From: Octopus vulgaris
Taxonomy: Eukaryota
Length of the DNA: 64,000 nucleotides
Assembly (NCBI GenBank): GCA_951406725.2
Contig: OX597835.1
Location: 27,156,001 to 27,220,000, forward strand
Direction: 5' to 3'
Positions within the stretch are counted from its first letter, which is position 1. Every line of letters begins with the position of its first letter. Below, piece after piece: positions 47,450 through 60,875 of this stretch. Under the pieces are notes generated by a model. It saw only the letters and a program-made list of their open reading frames with translations, made no database searches and was not told the origin of the DNA. A program made the position numbers and the translations under genes.

Positions 47450-48052
47450 GTCTAATGGCTGAAAGAAAAAAAAAAATAATAAAAGATGAAAGCAAGATTA
47501 AATATACTAACAAGAAGCTCATCTGCATATTGCTTCTAAACACATTTTGAATTCCTTCCTTGCATTAAAAATATTGATACAATCTGACATGACCATACAT
47601 TGAAACTAACTTAGCAATCGATGTGTCTATTCTCGGTGGCGTTATTTTTAACGCTAATTTAACTGGAGTTATCTGTCTTTCCACATAATTATTTCTGGAT
47701 AATTTTTAAGCGTTTCCTTCATTAAATACACTGACACTAACTTAACGACCTCTCTGATTAGAAAACCGCAAATTATACTTTCCATACCAAGAAATCCTGT
47801 ACAGCGTATTATGTATGAACTATGTAGCGCGTGGGTCGTTTATTAGTTCATAATAACGAGGAAACATGGGAGGATTTGTACGAATTACCGATCTCCTTCG
47901 TTTACACATTCGTACAACTCATATTCACAGAGATATATTCATGAATATAAGCATATATACATACATACATACATACATACATACATACATACATACATAC
48001 ATACATACATACATACATACATACATACATACGTATACATACATACATACAT

Positions 48053-48298
48053 AGTTTATAAATGTAATTATTGAAGCGCTGGGATATGTAACACGCTGCC
48101 TAAATACCAATCTTGAGAAATTAGGCTTCTCAAAACCAGAAAGGAGAAAGCTAATTCGAAGACTATCAGATCCAACTCATTACTGGAACTGTAAAAATCT
48201 GTAAAACTTTCCAGAAGTTTGTCATTTAAGTATATCTGAGCATGTCTAGATATGCAACTATATGGATGAGAAGACATACATAAAACAAAACATAGAGA

Positions 48299-48352
<54 letters not shown>

Positions 48353-48630
48353 GCATATATGCCATTTGAATATGGCTAACCCATAAGGGTGGATGCTACT
48401 GAAGTTTGTAGCCCCAGGAAGATATCTCTTCCAACTGGCTATAGACACACTATCTGTGTCCTGTCAGTATTTGTGAAGGGAGTCAGAGAGAGAGAGAGAG
48501 AGAGACAAAAATACCCTGTTGTTGATGTTGCAATTCCAATGAAGGAGCCTTGGAATTAGGTTAGGAACCGATTCTTTCTCTATTGGCAAGAAATCTTGAA
48601 ATAAAACTGAATAATGACATACAGACATAC
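48053..48630 (+). mobile_element. 5'-truncated REL-endonuclease (R4/Dong-like) non-LTR element, 3' end
   Basis: FINVIIEALGYVTRCLNTNLEKLGFS...LIRRL/QIQLITGTVKICKTFQKFVI* (PVIIGALG-type motif, one frameshift); AATAAA near 48600 then catacagacatac; separate insert at ~48303-48505. Confidence 0.65.
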
Positions 48631-48633
48631 ATA

Positions 48634-48664
<31 letters not shown>

Positions 48665-48665
48665 G

Positions 48666-48875
<210 letters not shown>

Positions 48876-48924
48876 TATATATATTATGTGTGTGTGTGTG
48901 TGTATTTATGTATGTATATATTTC

Positions 48925-49250
48925 AGTCCCCTGTGTGGTTCCCTGGCAAGTGTCTTCTACTATAGCTTCGGGCCGGCCAAAGCCTTGCTACTGGATTTGG
49001 TAGACGGAAACTGTGTGTCTTCCTGTCTGCGTTTGTTCCACCACCACCACCACCACCACCACCACCACCGCTACCACTTGACAACCGGTGTTGGCGTGTT
49101 TGCGTCCCTATAAACTACCGGTTCGGCAAAAGTGAACCGATAGAGTAAGTACCAGGCTTTAACAAAAACAATAAGTTCCTGGGAGTCGATGTGTGAAACT
49201 AAAGCCCCAGTATGGCCACAGTCACCAGACTGAAACAAGCAAAAAAATAA
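48925..49250 (+). mobile_element. SINE family B (5'-truncated)
   Basis: Matches the family B consensus. Confidence 0.8.
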
Positions 49251-49389
49251 AAGAATATATATATATTTATTCGCACGCACACACACACACACACAGAGAC
49301 ATACACACATACATATATACATACATACATTCATGCATATATTTACATATATATATATGCGTGTATGTATATATGTATATGTGTGTGCA

Positions 49390-49592
49390 TGTATGTATAT
49401 ATGTATTATGTATGTATTATGTATGTATGTATGTATGTATGTATGTATGTATGTATGTATGTATGTATGTATGTATGTATGTATGTATGTATGTATGTAT
49501 GTATGTATGTATGTATGTATGTATATTATGTATGTATGTATGTATGTATATATGTATGTATGTATGTATTATGTATGTATGTATTATGTATG

Positions 49593-49623
<31 letters not shown>

Positions 49624-49829
49624 TATGTATGTTTGTATGTATTATGTATGTATGTATGTATGTATGTATGTATGTATGTATGTATGTATGTATGTATGTA
49701 TGTATGTATGTATGTATGTATGTATGTATGTATGTATTATGTATGTATGTATGTATTATGTATGTATGTATTATGTATGTATGTATATTTATGTATGTAT
49801 GTATGTATGTATGTATGTATGTATGTATG

Positions 49830-49861
<32 letters not shown>

Positions 49862-50219
49862 TGTATTATGTATGTATTATGTATTATGTATGTATGTATG
49901 TATGTATGTATGTATGTATGTATGTATGTATGTATGTATGTATGTTTGTATGTATTATGTATGTATGTATGTATTATGTATGTATGTATGTATGTATGTA
50001 TGTATGTATGTATGTATTATGTATGTTTGTATGTATTATGTATGTATGATTATGTATGTATGTATGTATGTATGTATGTATGTATGTATGTATGTATGTA
50101 TGTATATATATATGTATGTGTGTGTATGCTTGTATACAACCGCATATGCACACAAACAGATGCACTCAACTAACTTTGATTCGCTCATTATGTATGTATG
50201 TATGTAGTATGTATGTATG

Positions 50220-50252
<33 letters not shown>

Positions 50253-50380
50253 GTGTATGTATGTATGTATGTATTATGTATGTATGTATTATGTATGTAT
50301 GTATGTATGTATGTATGTATGTATGTATGTATGTATATATGTATGTATGTGTGTATGTATGTATAATATATGTATGTATG
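49390..50380. repeat. ~1-kb (TATG)n microsatellite
   Basis: Direct reading. Confidence 0.97.
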
Positions 50381-50752
50381 AAAAGTATGATAATATATTT
50401 GATTGTATTATTTATTTATTTTTTGTATGTTATTGTTATTAATTTGTTTGATATAATTGTTTTGGTCTATCTTTCATGATCATGTGCCAGTTATCTGTGT
50501 CTTTTGACATGTGGGCGTGTATGTATGAGTACGCGTACATAGATTGTGGATAAGCAGACTTTTATATAGAAAGATAGATAGATAGATAGATAAATAAATA
50601 GATAGACAGATAGATAGATAGGTAGGTAGGTAGGTGGGTAGGTAGGTAGGTAGGTAGGTAAGTAGATAGATTTCTCTTTTTCTCTCTCTCTCTCTCTCTC
50701 ATAACATATACATATAAAAATGTGAGTGTATGTATGTATATATGTATATATG

Positions 50753-50789
<37 letters not shown>

Positions 50790-51363
50790 ATATATAAAAA
50801 CCAATGTATGTTTATATATATATATGTGTGTGTGCGTATATATATATATATAAGTGTGTATATGTATGTATCCATATATATGTATGTATATATGTGTATA
50901 TATGTATATATATATACACGTGTGTATACGTGTATGTGTATATGTACACACACATATACAATACATGTAGAGATACATACAATTACATATAACTATAACA
51001 TGATGGAATTAAAATATCTTGTATTTTTTTTTCTATTTTGTTTATATATTTGCATACTTATTTGCATTATTTATTTCATTTTATTTTATTTTATTTTTTG
51101 CTCTACTACACTTCTCTGAAAGACAAAAAAATAATAAGGAAATTGCTTTACAGACCGTGACGAAGCAACGCAACCATTACCATCATCATCATCATCATCA
51201 TCATCATCACCACCACCACCATCACCATCATCATATTCATCAGCATCATCGTCATCATCATCATCATCATCATCATCGTCGTCGTCGTCGTCATCTCCAT
51301 CAACACCATCACCAACACCATCATCACCATCATATTCATCCTCATCACCATCGTCAATATCAT

Positions 51364-51450
<87 letters not shown>

Positions 51451-52005
51451 TAGCAAGTGGACCAAGGAAAAGAAGAAAAAACGAACTGTTCCATTTAATA
51501 TTACATATTGCTTTTTTTTATATTTTTGTTGTACTTGTGTTCTTTCTGTTTGTTTGTTTGTTTTTCTGTGTTTTTATTATGTTTTTAATCTTTTCAGATT
51601 TGTTACTTTTCGTTTCCGAGTTGTTTTCCTTTATCCTTTTTCTTCGTCGTTTTTTTTTTTTTTTTTATTTCCACGGTCACTTGGCAGATAAAATAATCTA
51701 CAGTACAATTTGTTCAGGTTAGCGAATTTATTTGATTCTATCTGTTCGATAAACATAATTAAACGAAATTCTTACTGCAAAAGGGAATAACATGGCTGGC
51801 GGGGTTGGTTGGCTGACTGGCTGGCTGGTTGATGAGTTTGTTGGTTGGTTGGTTGGCTGTCTGGCTGGTTGGTTGGTTGGTTAGCCTGTTTCCTTTCACT
51901 CTCCACCCCACCCAACGCCACCGCAAACACCCACCATTACTACCACCCCCACGATCACCAACACCACACACACATACGTTTACACAATTTCCAACATACT
52001 CCCAC

Positions 52006-52070
52006 CGACGATTTGTGTAAGGTCCAATAAACCTGCCCTTCTTGTAACTTTGGAGCAAGAAGAACAAGAA
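52006..52070 (-). other. Candidate 65-nt exon
   Basis: Pyrimidine tract tttttctctcctctcgcccaccccatcCAG; weaker donor CG|GTGGGA; all three frames open. Confidence 0.3.
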
Positions 52071-52161
52071 CTGGATGGGGTGGGCGAGAGGAGAGAAAAA
52101 TGTAGCGAGAGACAAAATATGAATATGGCGAATCTTGTAAATGTATATACATACATACAAG

Positions 52162-52200
<39 letters not shown>

Positions 52201-52296
52201 CTGTGTGCATGTGTGTGTAGTAGTAGTAGTAGTAGTAGATATGATATATAAATATTTCTGTGTGTATATGTGTGTAGATAGATTGATTGATTGATT

Positions 52297-52354
<58 letters not shown>

Positions 52355-52468
52355 GAATCTTGCAAATTAGGCGCTACACTTACAGATAGAAGAGATAGAA
52401 ACATTGAATGTGTGTATGCATGTGTGTATGTGTACATACACATACAAATATATATATATGTATGTAAG

Positions 52469-52529
<61 letters not shown>

Positions 52530-52835
52530 ATGCATATATATATGTGTGTGTGTATATATATATACATACACATATCTATATATATAGAAAGAGGGGGAGA
52601 GAGAGAAAGAGGGAGAGAAAATAGAAAGGGAGAAAGCGAGAGAGAGTAAGAGAAACAGAGAAAGAGGGAGAGAGAGTAATATGTATGGGTGTTGTGTTTG
52701 CTGTGTCCTGTGGTGCTTCCAACTTGCTAAGATAACACAGGAAGGTGATTGTTTTCGTATTATTGCCAGTCACAATTAAACGAGAACGTTCTCGCGTTAT
52801 TTACTTACAACTGAGCTCGCATGAGTCACTACTCA

Positions 52836-53000
52836 GACTGGCTGTGTAAGTAGCTTGCTTACCAACCACATGGTTCCGGGTTCAATCACATTTCGTGGCA
52901 CCTTGGGCAAGTGTCTTCTACTATAGCCTCGGGCTGACCAAAGCCTTGTGAGTGGATTTGGTAGATGGAAACTGAAAGAAGCCCGTCGTATATATGTATA

Positions 53001-53035
<35 letters not shown>

Positions 53036-53257
53036 GTATGTGTGTGTATATGTTTGTGTGTCTGTGTTTGTTCCCCCACTATTGCTTGACAACCAATAGT
53101 GGTGCGTTTACGTCCCCGTAACTTAGCGGTTCGGCAAAAGAGACCGATAGAATAAATAAATACTAGGCTTGCAAAGAGGAAACCCTGGGGTCGATTTGCT
53201 CGACTAAAGGCGGTGCTCCAGCATGGCCACAGTCAAATGACTGAAACAAGTAAAAGA
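52836..53257 (+). mobile_element. SINE family B, near full length
   Basis: Head through tail ggcggtgctccagcatggccacagtcaaatgactgaaacaagtaaaaga. Confidence 0.92.
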
Positions 53258-53750
53258 CCATATATTTTTTTCTTTGTTCTATTTCTGGTCTAAATATAAT
53301 CAAAAGCTTATATATTTCTTATTTCTTTATTGCCCACAAGGGGCTAAACATAGAGGAGACAAACAAGGACAGACATAGGTATTAAGTCGATTACATCGAC
53401 CCCAGTGCGTAACTGGTACTTAATTTATCGACCCCGAAAGGAGTTTATATATTTCTGTCAACGTAACCAGTTCGGACAAAATAACTCTGCCTGCTAAAAT
53501 AGCCGATGTTTTTACGCGATCAAATATTTCACCGAACTGTAATTTAACACTTGTGGCGGCATATCTTTGGAAAGATGGTGTCAGAGATAAGACAACTTTC
53601 AGAAACATTTGCGCTACAGGCGTTAAATCAAAAGTGCTGTTCGATGAATCATGCAATGGAGCTGAGCAGCGGACATTTAAGCTGGCAAATCTTGAGAACT
53701 TAGACGAGGTCCAAGCGGCTGAAGAGTCCAACGGTTCTATTCCCACCGCA
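53258..53750 (-). pseudogene. Probable class-A (rhodopsin-like) GPCR relic, TM2-TM4, interrupted by a SINE
   Basis: LTPVAQMFLKVVLSLTPSFQRYAATSVKLQFGEIFDRVKTSAILAGRVILSELVTLTEIYK fits TM3-(E/D)RY-ICL2-TM4 spacing; frame stays open after removing the SINE. Confidence 0.45.
53320..53444 (-). mobile_element. 5'-truncated SINE A with 12-bp TSD TTATATATTTCT
   Basis: TSD copies at 53308-53319 and 53445-53456. Confidence 0.88.
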
Positions 53751-53941
53751 CTAGGCTCCCTCTCTCTCCCGCTCTCCCTCCCCGCTTTCTCTCTCTTCTT
53801 CTCTTACTGTCCCTTTTCCTTTCCCTCTCTCGATCTCTCTATCCCCCACTCTCTTTCTATCGCCTTCCATTTCTTCCTCTCTTTCTCCCGCTCTTTCTTA
53901 CTCTCTTTCTCCTTCTGTTCTTCGCTCTCTCCATTCTCCTC

Positions 53942-53975
<34 letters not shown>

Positions 53976-54244
53976 CATCTATCTGTCTGTCTGTCTATCT
54001 ATCTGTCTATCTATCTATCTATCCCACTCTCTCTTTCTTTCGACCGCTCTTTACCCCCTCTCCCTTCCAACTTCTCTATCTCTTTCTCCCTCCTCTCTCA
54101 CCCTTCTCCCTCCTTCTCTCTCTCTACAAAAATTTCTCTTTCTACCAATTTCTCTATCCTTGATATCGGGTCACAATCAGTTTCCTTAGATATCGGGGAT
54201 CTTTCTTACTTCTGTTCTCAACAGAGCAGGTTTCTGTATCAGTG

Positions 54245-55330
54245 CATCTCTCGTAGTTCCACGAATCTCAATAAGAGTTTTTAAGTCTGGTAATGACGGT
54301 ACCTTGGCACCTATAACAAGTAGAATTACCTTTTGTAGCAATCTTTTACAGTCGTCGTATTTCCCAAGCCAATTCCTTGCATTTTTCTATTTTCCTTTTC
54401 TTTTTTTTTTTTTTGTCCTGTTCTTTGACTGCTACATTCATGTTCGCAGATATACTTTTCTACTCTAGGCCCAAGGCCTGAAATTTTGGGGGAGGGGGCC
54501 AGTCGATTAGATCGACCCCAGTACGTAACTGGTACTTAATTTATCGACCCCGAAAGGATGAAAGGTAAAAATCGACCTCGGCGGAATTAGAACTCAGAAC
54601 GTAACGGCAGACGAAATACCGCTAAGCATTAATTTTGCTATCATTCTATACATTAAAATCCCCATAAAATCTTGTATTGGTCGTTCTCTATTACACTTTC
54701 TGGTTGATATTCTTATCATTGTCTTCCTACTTCAAATACTCTTGGCTACACAGCCCTGTCTGCTTTATATCCCTTCAAAGGACTACAGGAACTTCTTATG
54801 CACATAATAGATTTTTCTTTCTCATTGCATATTCTGCACTTTGCACTTTTCTCGGATTTGTCTATTCTGGCTTTAATGATGATATTCGTCCGCAATGGCT
54901 CGCTTCATGCAACCATTATGAGTCCCGTTTCTGTCTTAGATATCCATTCTTCATCCATAACCAAGACTTCTCTGCTGCGATGTCTGCATCGTCTGAGATA
55001 CAGACCGTGTCGTTCTTTTGCCCCGGATGTTTCTCGCTCCTGCTTTCTTCTCTTGCATTCGGTTCCCGTCTCTGCAGTTGCCTTCTGCTCTTCTCTGGCA
55101 GCTGAAATCAGTCTTTCTGGCTTGCTTCTCGTATGCTCTTGTATGACGTGTTTTGCCATCTCTACACAGTTTTCTATTGATATCAGACCTCCTCCTCTCC
55201 TTTCATGGTAGGAATAATCTATCGACATTGTCCCTGTGATGTGATAACCGGTACGTGGTCATTACCTTTCTGGTTTTACAATCTATATCTCTTAGATTTT
55301 CGTTAGTCCATTTGAAGGAAGTAGCTGGAC
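54245..55330 (-). mobile_element. Decayed R4/Dong-like REL non-LTR element (RT C-terminal part to endonuclease)
   Basis: YHERRGGGLISIENCV...KERHGLYLR...KTETGLIMVA and VILLVIGA near 54330-54305; many disablements. Confidence 0.7.
54457..54630 (-). mobile_element. SINE A (type-2 tail) nested in the REL element
   Basis: Reverse complement of the family A consensus. Confidence 0.88.
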
Positions 55331-55369
55331 GTTTTATTAGAAAGTCTGCCCATGTGTTTACTGAAGAGA

Positions 55370-55421
<52 letters not shown>

Positions 55422-55425
<4 letters not shown>

Positions 55426-55757
55426 ATAATAACAAAGGGTAAAATGAATTAAGAAGTAATCAATAAAATCACCAAGTAGAATTCGGCATGAAAAAATACC
55501 ATTTCACGGTAAACTTAAGTAATACTTTATAATTAGGGTTCAGCAAAGATTTACTTTACCACATACAAAAGTTTAGAAATAGCAGCCAATAAACCTTAGC
55601 TATTTCCTCTACTTTAAAAAGGGAGTCCCAGAAAAAAATACAAAATACTTGAATACAATCCACGCAGAGGAAATAGAGGAAATAGCTAAGGTTTTTGGCT
55701 GCTATTTCTAAACTTCGGTATGTGGTAAAGCAAATCTTTGCTGAACCCTAATTATAA
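55422..55757. mobile_element. Foldback element between (TA)n tracts (~84-bp imperfect arms, ~60-bp spacer)
   Basis: 55527-55611 is inverted at 55673-55757; homologous to 59941-60320. Confidence 0.8.
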
Positions 55758-55831
55758 TATATATATATATATATAAAGTAATGAGTAAAAGAGTCAAAAG
55801 GAAGAGTAAGTACGAACACACCTCAACTGAT

Positions 55832-55876
<45 letters not shown>

Positions 55877-56001
55877 TAAAGGTATATTCCGCTAGGAACG
55901 CAGCAGAGTACAAAATAGAGCTCATTCACCATTAGAAATTACCAAATAGCCGGTAATATTACGGTACACTTCCAACTCCATTTTAATCAATATATATAAA
56001 A

Positions 56002-56076
<75 letters not shown>

Positions 56077-56240
56077 TCGTTTGTCCCTTTGGAGTCTTTT
56101 GATAGCAGATCTACCTCCTCAAGATACTTATTATTATTATTATTATTATTATCATCATCATCATCACCACCATCATTATCATCATCATCATCATCATCAT
56201 TATTATTATTATTATTATTATTGAGTGAGAGAGCAGTTCA

Positions 56241-56306
<66 letters not shown>

Positions 56307-57143
56307 TACTATTATTTCTTTCTTTCTTTCATTCTTGTTTTCGCACTTTTGCTACAGTTTCTTTTGAACGTACGTTCTCTGTTCTTTTTCTTCTTTTTTC
56401 ATTTTATTTCGCCTTCTTTATTCCTCTCATTGGTTTTCTTCCATCCATTTTCTTACATCCATTTATTTATTCATCTTTCTATCCATGTTGCTTATTTTGT
56501 TGTTATTGTTGTTGTTGCTGCCGCTGCTGCCGTTGTTGTTGTTATTACTGTTATTGTTGTTTCAAAGTAATATTGTTTATTTATGACTCCCCACCACCAC
56601 CACCACCACCACCACCACCACTTTTCCTACTTTATTCCACTGATTATTTCCATCCCAGTGGTGATATCGTACGAGTGTCGTCTGCTTGTGTTCGTATTAT
56701 CGTCTGCCTCTGTACGAACTGCACAGATATCTAAAGATAACACCGACACTCTTCCCACCACCAAAAAACAGCAAACAAACCAAAGCAACACACAAACAAA
56801 CAAACAAACCAGCAAAAAAAAAAGTCCACCCTACAAGGAGGCAGCCATTATCATCGATCGGTAAAAACAGATGATGCAAGCTTTAATGGATACAGAGGTG
56901 TAGAATGGTGGTAATTTATGACGCTATGTGACTCATTCACTTTCTGTTGGCGAGCCGAGGTTAAATTTCTGCATTCTAAATCTCCATTAATAACAGGATT
57001 TGATGTTTCTTTCATCCGCATTCCTCATATATCTGTCCATCAGTCTGTCTGTCTCCCTACCTCTTCCTCTCACTCATTCAGTCGCTCGCTCCATCTCTTC
57101 TTTCATTTGGCTCTTTCTCTTTCTCTTCATTTCTCACTCACTC

Positions 57144-57215
<72 letters not shown>

Positions 57216-57340
57216 ATCCCTTCCTATCTCTCAATTTTTGTATTGCACCCCGAACTAATGAAACAGAATTTTAATGCAAACACACAAAATACATACTTTT
57301 TTGTTTTGTCTATTATTACCATTATTGCTATCATTATTGA

Positions 57341-57411
<71 letters not shown>

Positions 57412-57465
57412 CATCATTATTACTATTATTATTATTATTATTGATATTATTGTTATCATTATTGA

Positions 57466-57560
<95 letters not shown>

Positions 57561-57608
57561 CATCACTATTATTATTATTATTATTGATATTATTGTTATC
57601 ATTATTGA

Positions 57609-57670
<62 letters not shown>

Positions 57671-57696
57671 CATTATTATCATTATCATTATTGATG

Positions 57697-57731
<35 letters not shown>

Positions 57732-58534
57732 GTGATCATTCTTATTGTTGTTGTTGTTGCTGTCTATTCCTTTATAAAGTTATATAGCTGTGTTTGATTT
57801 CTTGTGTTAGACTGCACTCTATATTTGCCTGTGGTTTTGTTTTGTTTTGTTTTTTATCCAGATTTCTGATTCCAGACTTACAGAGAGAGAGAGAGAGGAG
57901 GGGGAGACGCGCGTACACACTTATACAATATCCTATCATACTCACAAACGCTCACCCTCAAATGCACTGATAAACATACAAGTACCCCCACACCTATACA
58001 TACACCTATACATACACATACACACACACACAGACACACACACACACACCGAAACCCGGTGATATAAATATATGCATATTGCATTGGTTTTAAAAGTGCT
58101 CATGTTAATAATATAGCACCCAAATATTTATACTTAATGGAAAGAGAATTATGGTGGTGGGGGTAAATGGTGGCTGTGGTGGTGGCGCTAGTGGTTGTGG
58201 TGCTGGTGTGGTGGTGGGGGTGGGGTGGCGATGGTGGTGGTGACGGTGGTCCTGCTGCTGCTGCTGGTGACAATAGTGGTGGTGGTGGTGGTGGTAGTGG
58301 TGGCGGCGGCGATGGTGGTGGTGGTAGTGCTGCTGCTGCTACTGCTGCTGACAATAGTGGTGGTGGTGGTGGTGCTGCTGCAGGTGGCACTAGTGGTGGT
58401 GGTGGTGGTGATGATGATGGTGGTGGTGGTGATGGTGGTGGTGACAGTCGTATGGGGTTGTGGTGGTAGGTATCGAGAAAGCGGTGGTAGTGTTGTGGTT
58501 GCTATTGTCGTTGTTATAGTTGTTAATAGTGGGA

Positions 58535-58700
58535 GAGCCACGGTGAGAGAGCCATGGTGGGAGTGCCATGGTGGAAGAGCCATGGTGGGAAAGCCATGGT
58601 GGGAAAGCCATGGTGGGCGAGCCGTGGTGGGAAAGCCATGGTGGGAAAGCCATGATGGGAGAGCCTTGGTGGGAGAGCCATGGTGGGAGAGCCGTGGTGG
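58535..58700. repeat. 14-bp G-rich minisatellite (gccatggtggga[a/g]a), about 12 copies
   Basis: gcc at 58565, 58579, 58593, 58607, 58621. Confidence 0.92.
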
Positions 58701-58770
58701 AGGAATCATTGAGCATTTTGCTGTTCGTGCAGCATGTCCAGACACAAGACAACTTCCTGGAGATCGTTGC

Positions 58771-58880
58771 GGACCATCTCTTACCATCTCTGACAATCCT
58801 GGACAATCTTTCGTCGTCTTTGACTATCGTTAACCATTTTCGGCCATTTTTATCCATTACCAACAATCTTTGACCACCTT
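58771..58880. repeat. Degenerate 10-bp tandem repeat (tgaccatctt-like)
   Basis: ggaccatctc ttaccatctc tgacaatcct ggacaatctt ... tgaccacctt. Confidence 0.75.
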
Positions 58881-59017
58881 CGTTAACCCTGTCCGATCAT
58901 TACTGACAATCTTTCGCCATTTCTAATAAGGAATATTGTGAGGAATTACAAGACGACGGAGTTCGACAGAATGGCGATAATGGAAGTATTTATAGAATGG
59001 AGATAGACATTAGATGT

Positions 59018-59578
59018 AAGAGTGGCTGTGTGGTAAGTAGCTTGCTTACCAACCACATGGTTCCGGGTTCATTCCCACTGCGCTGCACCTTGGGTAAGTG
59101 TCTTCTACTATAGCCTCGGGCCGACCAAAGCCTTGCGAGTGGATTTGGTAGACGGAAATTGAAAGAAGCCCGTCGTATATATGCATATATATGTATATAT
59201 GTATGTGTGTATATGTCTGTGTTTGTCCCCCCCAACATCGCTTGACAACCGATGGTGGCGTGTTTACGTCCCCATAACTTAGCGGTCGGAGGACCGCGGT
59301 TTCGATTCCCAGACCGGGCGTTGTGAGTGTTTATTGAGCGAAAACACCTAAAAGCTCCATGAGGCTCCAGCAGGGGGTTGGTGACGACCCCTGTTGTACT
59401 CTTTCGCCCTAACTTTCTCTCACTCTGTCTCTTCCTGTTTCTTGAGTAACGCTGCGATGGACTGGCGTCCCGTTCAGCTGGGTGGGGGGGGGGGGCACAC
59501 ATACGCCACAGAAACCGGGAAACCGGGCCCATGAGCCTGGCTAGGATTGAAAAGAGGGCATAAATAAATAAATAAAAA
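59018..59578 (+). mobile_element. SINE B-SINE C chimera
   Basis: Family B to ~59285, then headless family C, joined at gcggtcgg. Confidence 0.88.
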
Positions 59579-59940
59579 ATATGCACCAATCCAGGTGTGG
59601 TGACTGTATTATTGCATGCTAAGGAAAATAATGGATTTATGAAGAAGAATGTATTCGAAAGGAAGGGAAAAAAGACAAACTCAATACAGAGAACCAATAT
59701 TGATTGCAACTCATACTGCACTCTCTCCACTCCATCCAGTCCGGTTCTGCATGCACAAAGATTCAGCACTCATTGGCATCCTGTGATGAATCATATGTAA
59801 TGCAGCGTGACTTCTTAGACGCGTTTTACCCTATCCAATATCCTATCTATTTTCGCAGTCCCTACACTCATACATTGCGCACGTATTAAAACAAAACAGT
59901 AGCTTGTAATGAAACTAATATATATATATATATATATATA

Positions 59941-60317
59941 TACATTATATAAAAGGGCTTAGTAAAATAAATTACTTTGCCGCATACTGAACTCATTAGA
60001 AATAGCAGCTAAAAAAACTTTTTTAAAACTATCTCTAATACTTAAAGAAAACCTCTCTCATATAGTGTTTGCTCAACTCAACTCACGAAGTTGAGTTGAG
60101 CAAACACTATATGAGAGAGGTTTTCTTTAAGTATTAGAGATAGTTTTAAAAAGTTTTTTTAGCTGCTATTTCTAATGAGTTCAGTATGCGGCAAAGTAAT
60201 TTATTTTACTAAGCCCTTTTATATAATGTAATAATTTGAATTCGCCTTAAATGGTCCCTTTGTATACTGAATACTTGGTGAAATTGATTAATTAATTAAT
60301 TTTACCCTCAATTGTTG

Positions 60318-60320
<3 letters not shown>
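59941..60320. mobile_element. Foldback element between (TA)n tracts (~143-bp near-perfect arms, 5-nt loop, 90-bp extension)
   Basis: Arms 59941-60083 and 60089-60230; loop cacga; one homopolymer indel seen. Confidence 0.9.
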
Positions 60321-60390
<70 letters not shown>

Positions 60391-60811
60391 GTGATATATA
60401 TATATATATGTGGTGATATATATATATATATATATATATACATACATACATATATGTATGTATGTATATATTGTATATACATAAATTTAATTTTAAAAAA
60501 GAACACAAAACAGAAAGGTGTTTTACGCAATGCTTTATAGAACATGCACGTGTTTCATCAACTTACTGTCTTACTTACACATGAGTTGCAGAATTGTTAT
60601 ATAATCTTACCTCCTCAGTGCTCCGCAATAGATACCCTCTACTAACCCGATCTTTAGATTCATGTTACGCTTCACAGCTTATATATATTCGGTATGTGTG
60701 TGTGTGTGCGAATGTATGTAAATATATATATACATACTTATATGTATACATATAAACATAGATATATATATATAGATACATATACATATTTGTGTATATA
60801 GGCATATGTAT

Positions 60812-60875
<64 letters not shown>

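Larger units (their letters stand above)
45640..47760. repeat. Ancient degenerate AT-rich tandem repeat (~160-bp spacing) interrupted by SINEs
   Basis: Recurrent atattttcta(a/g)a...gcatt(a/g)aaa...aacgcc blocks near 45810, 45970, 46490, 47530, 47690. Confidence 0.5.

Noticed and set aside
58188-58873. PWWESHGG-repeat ORFs
   Set aside because: Product of a 14-bp minisatellite read across frames.
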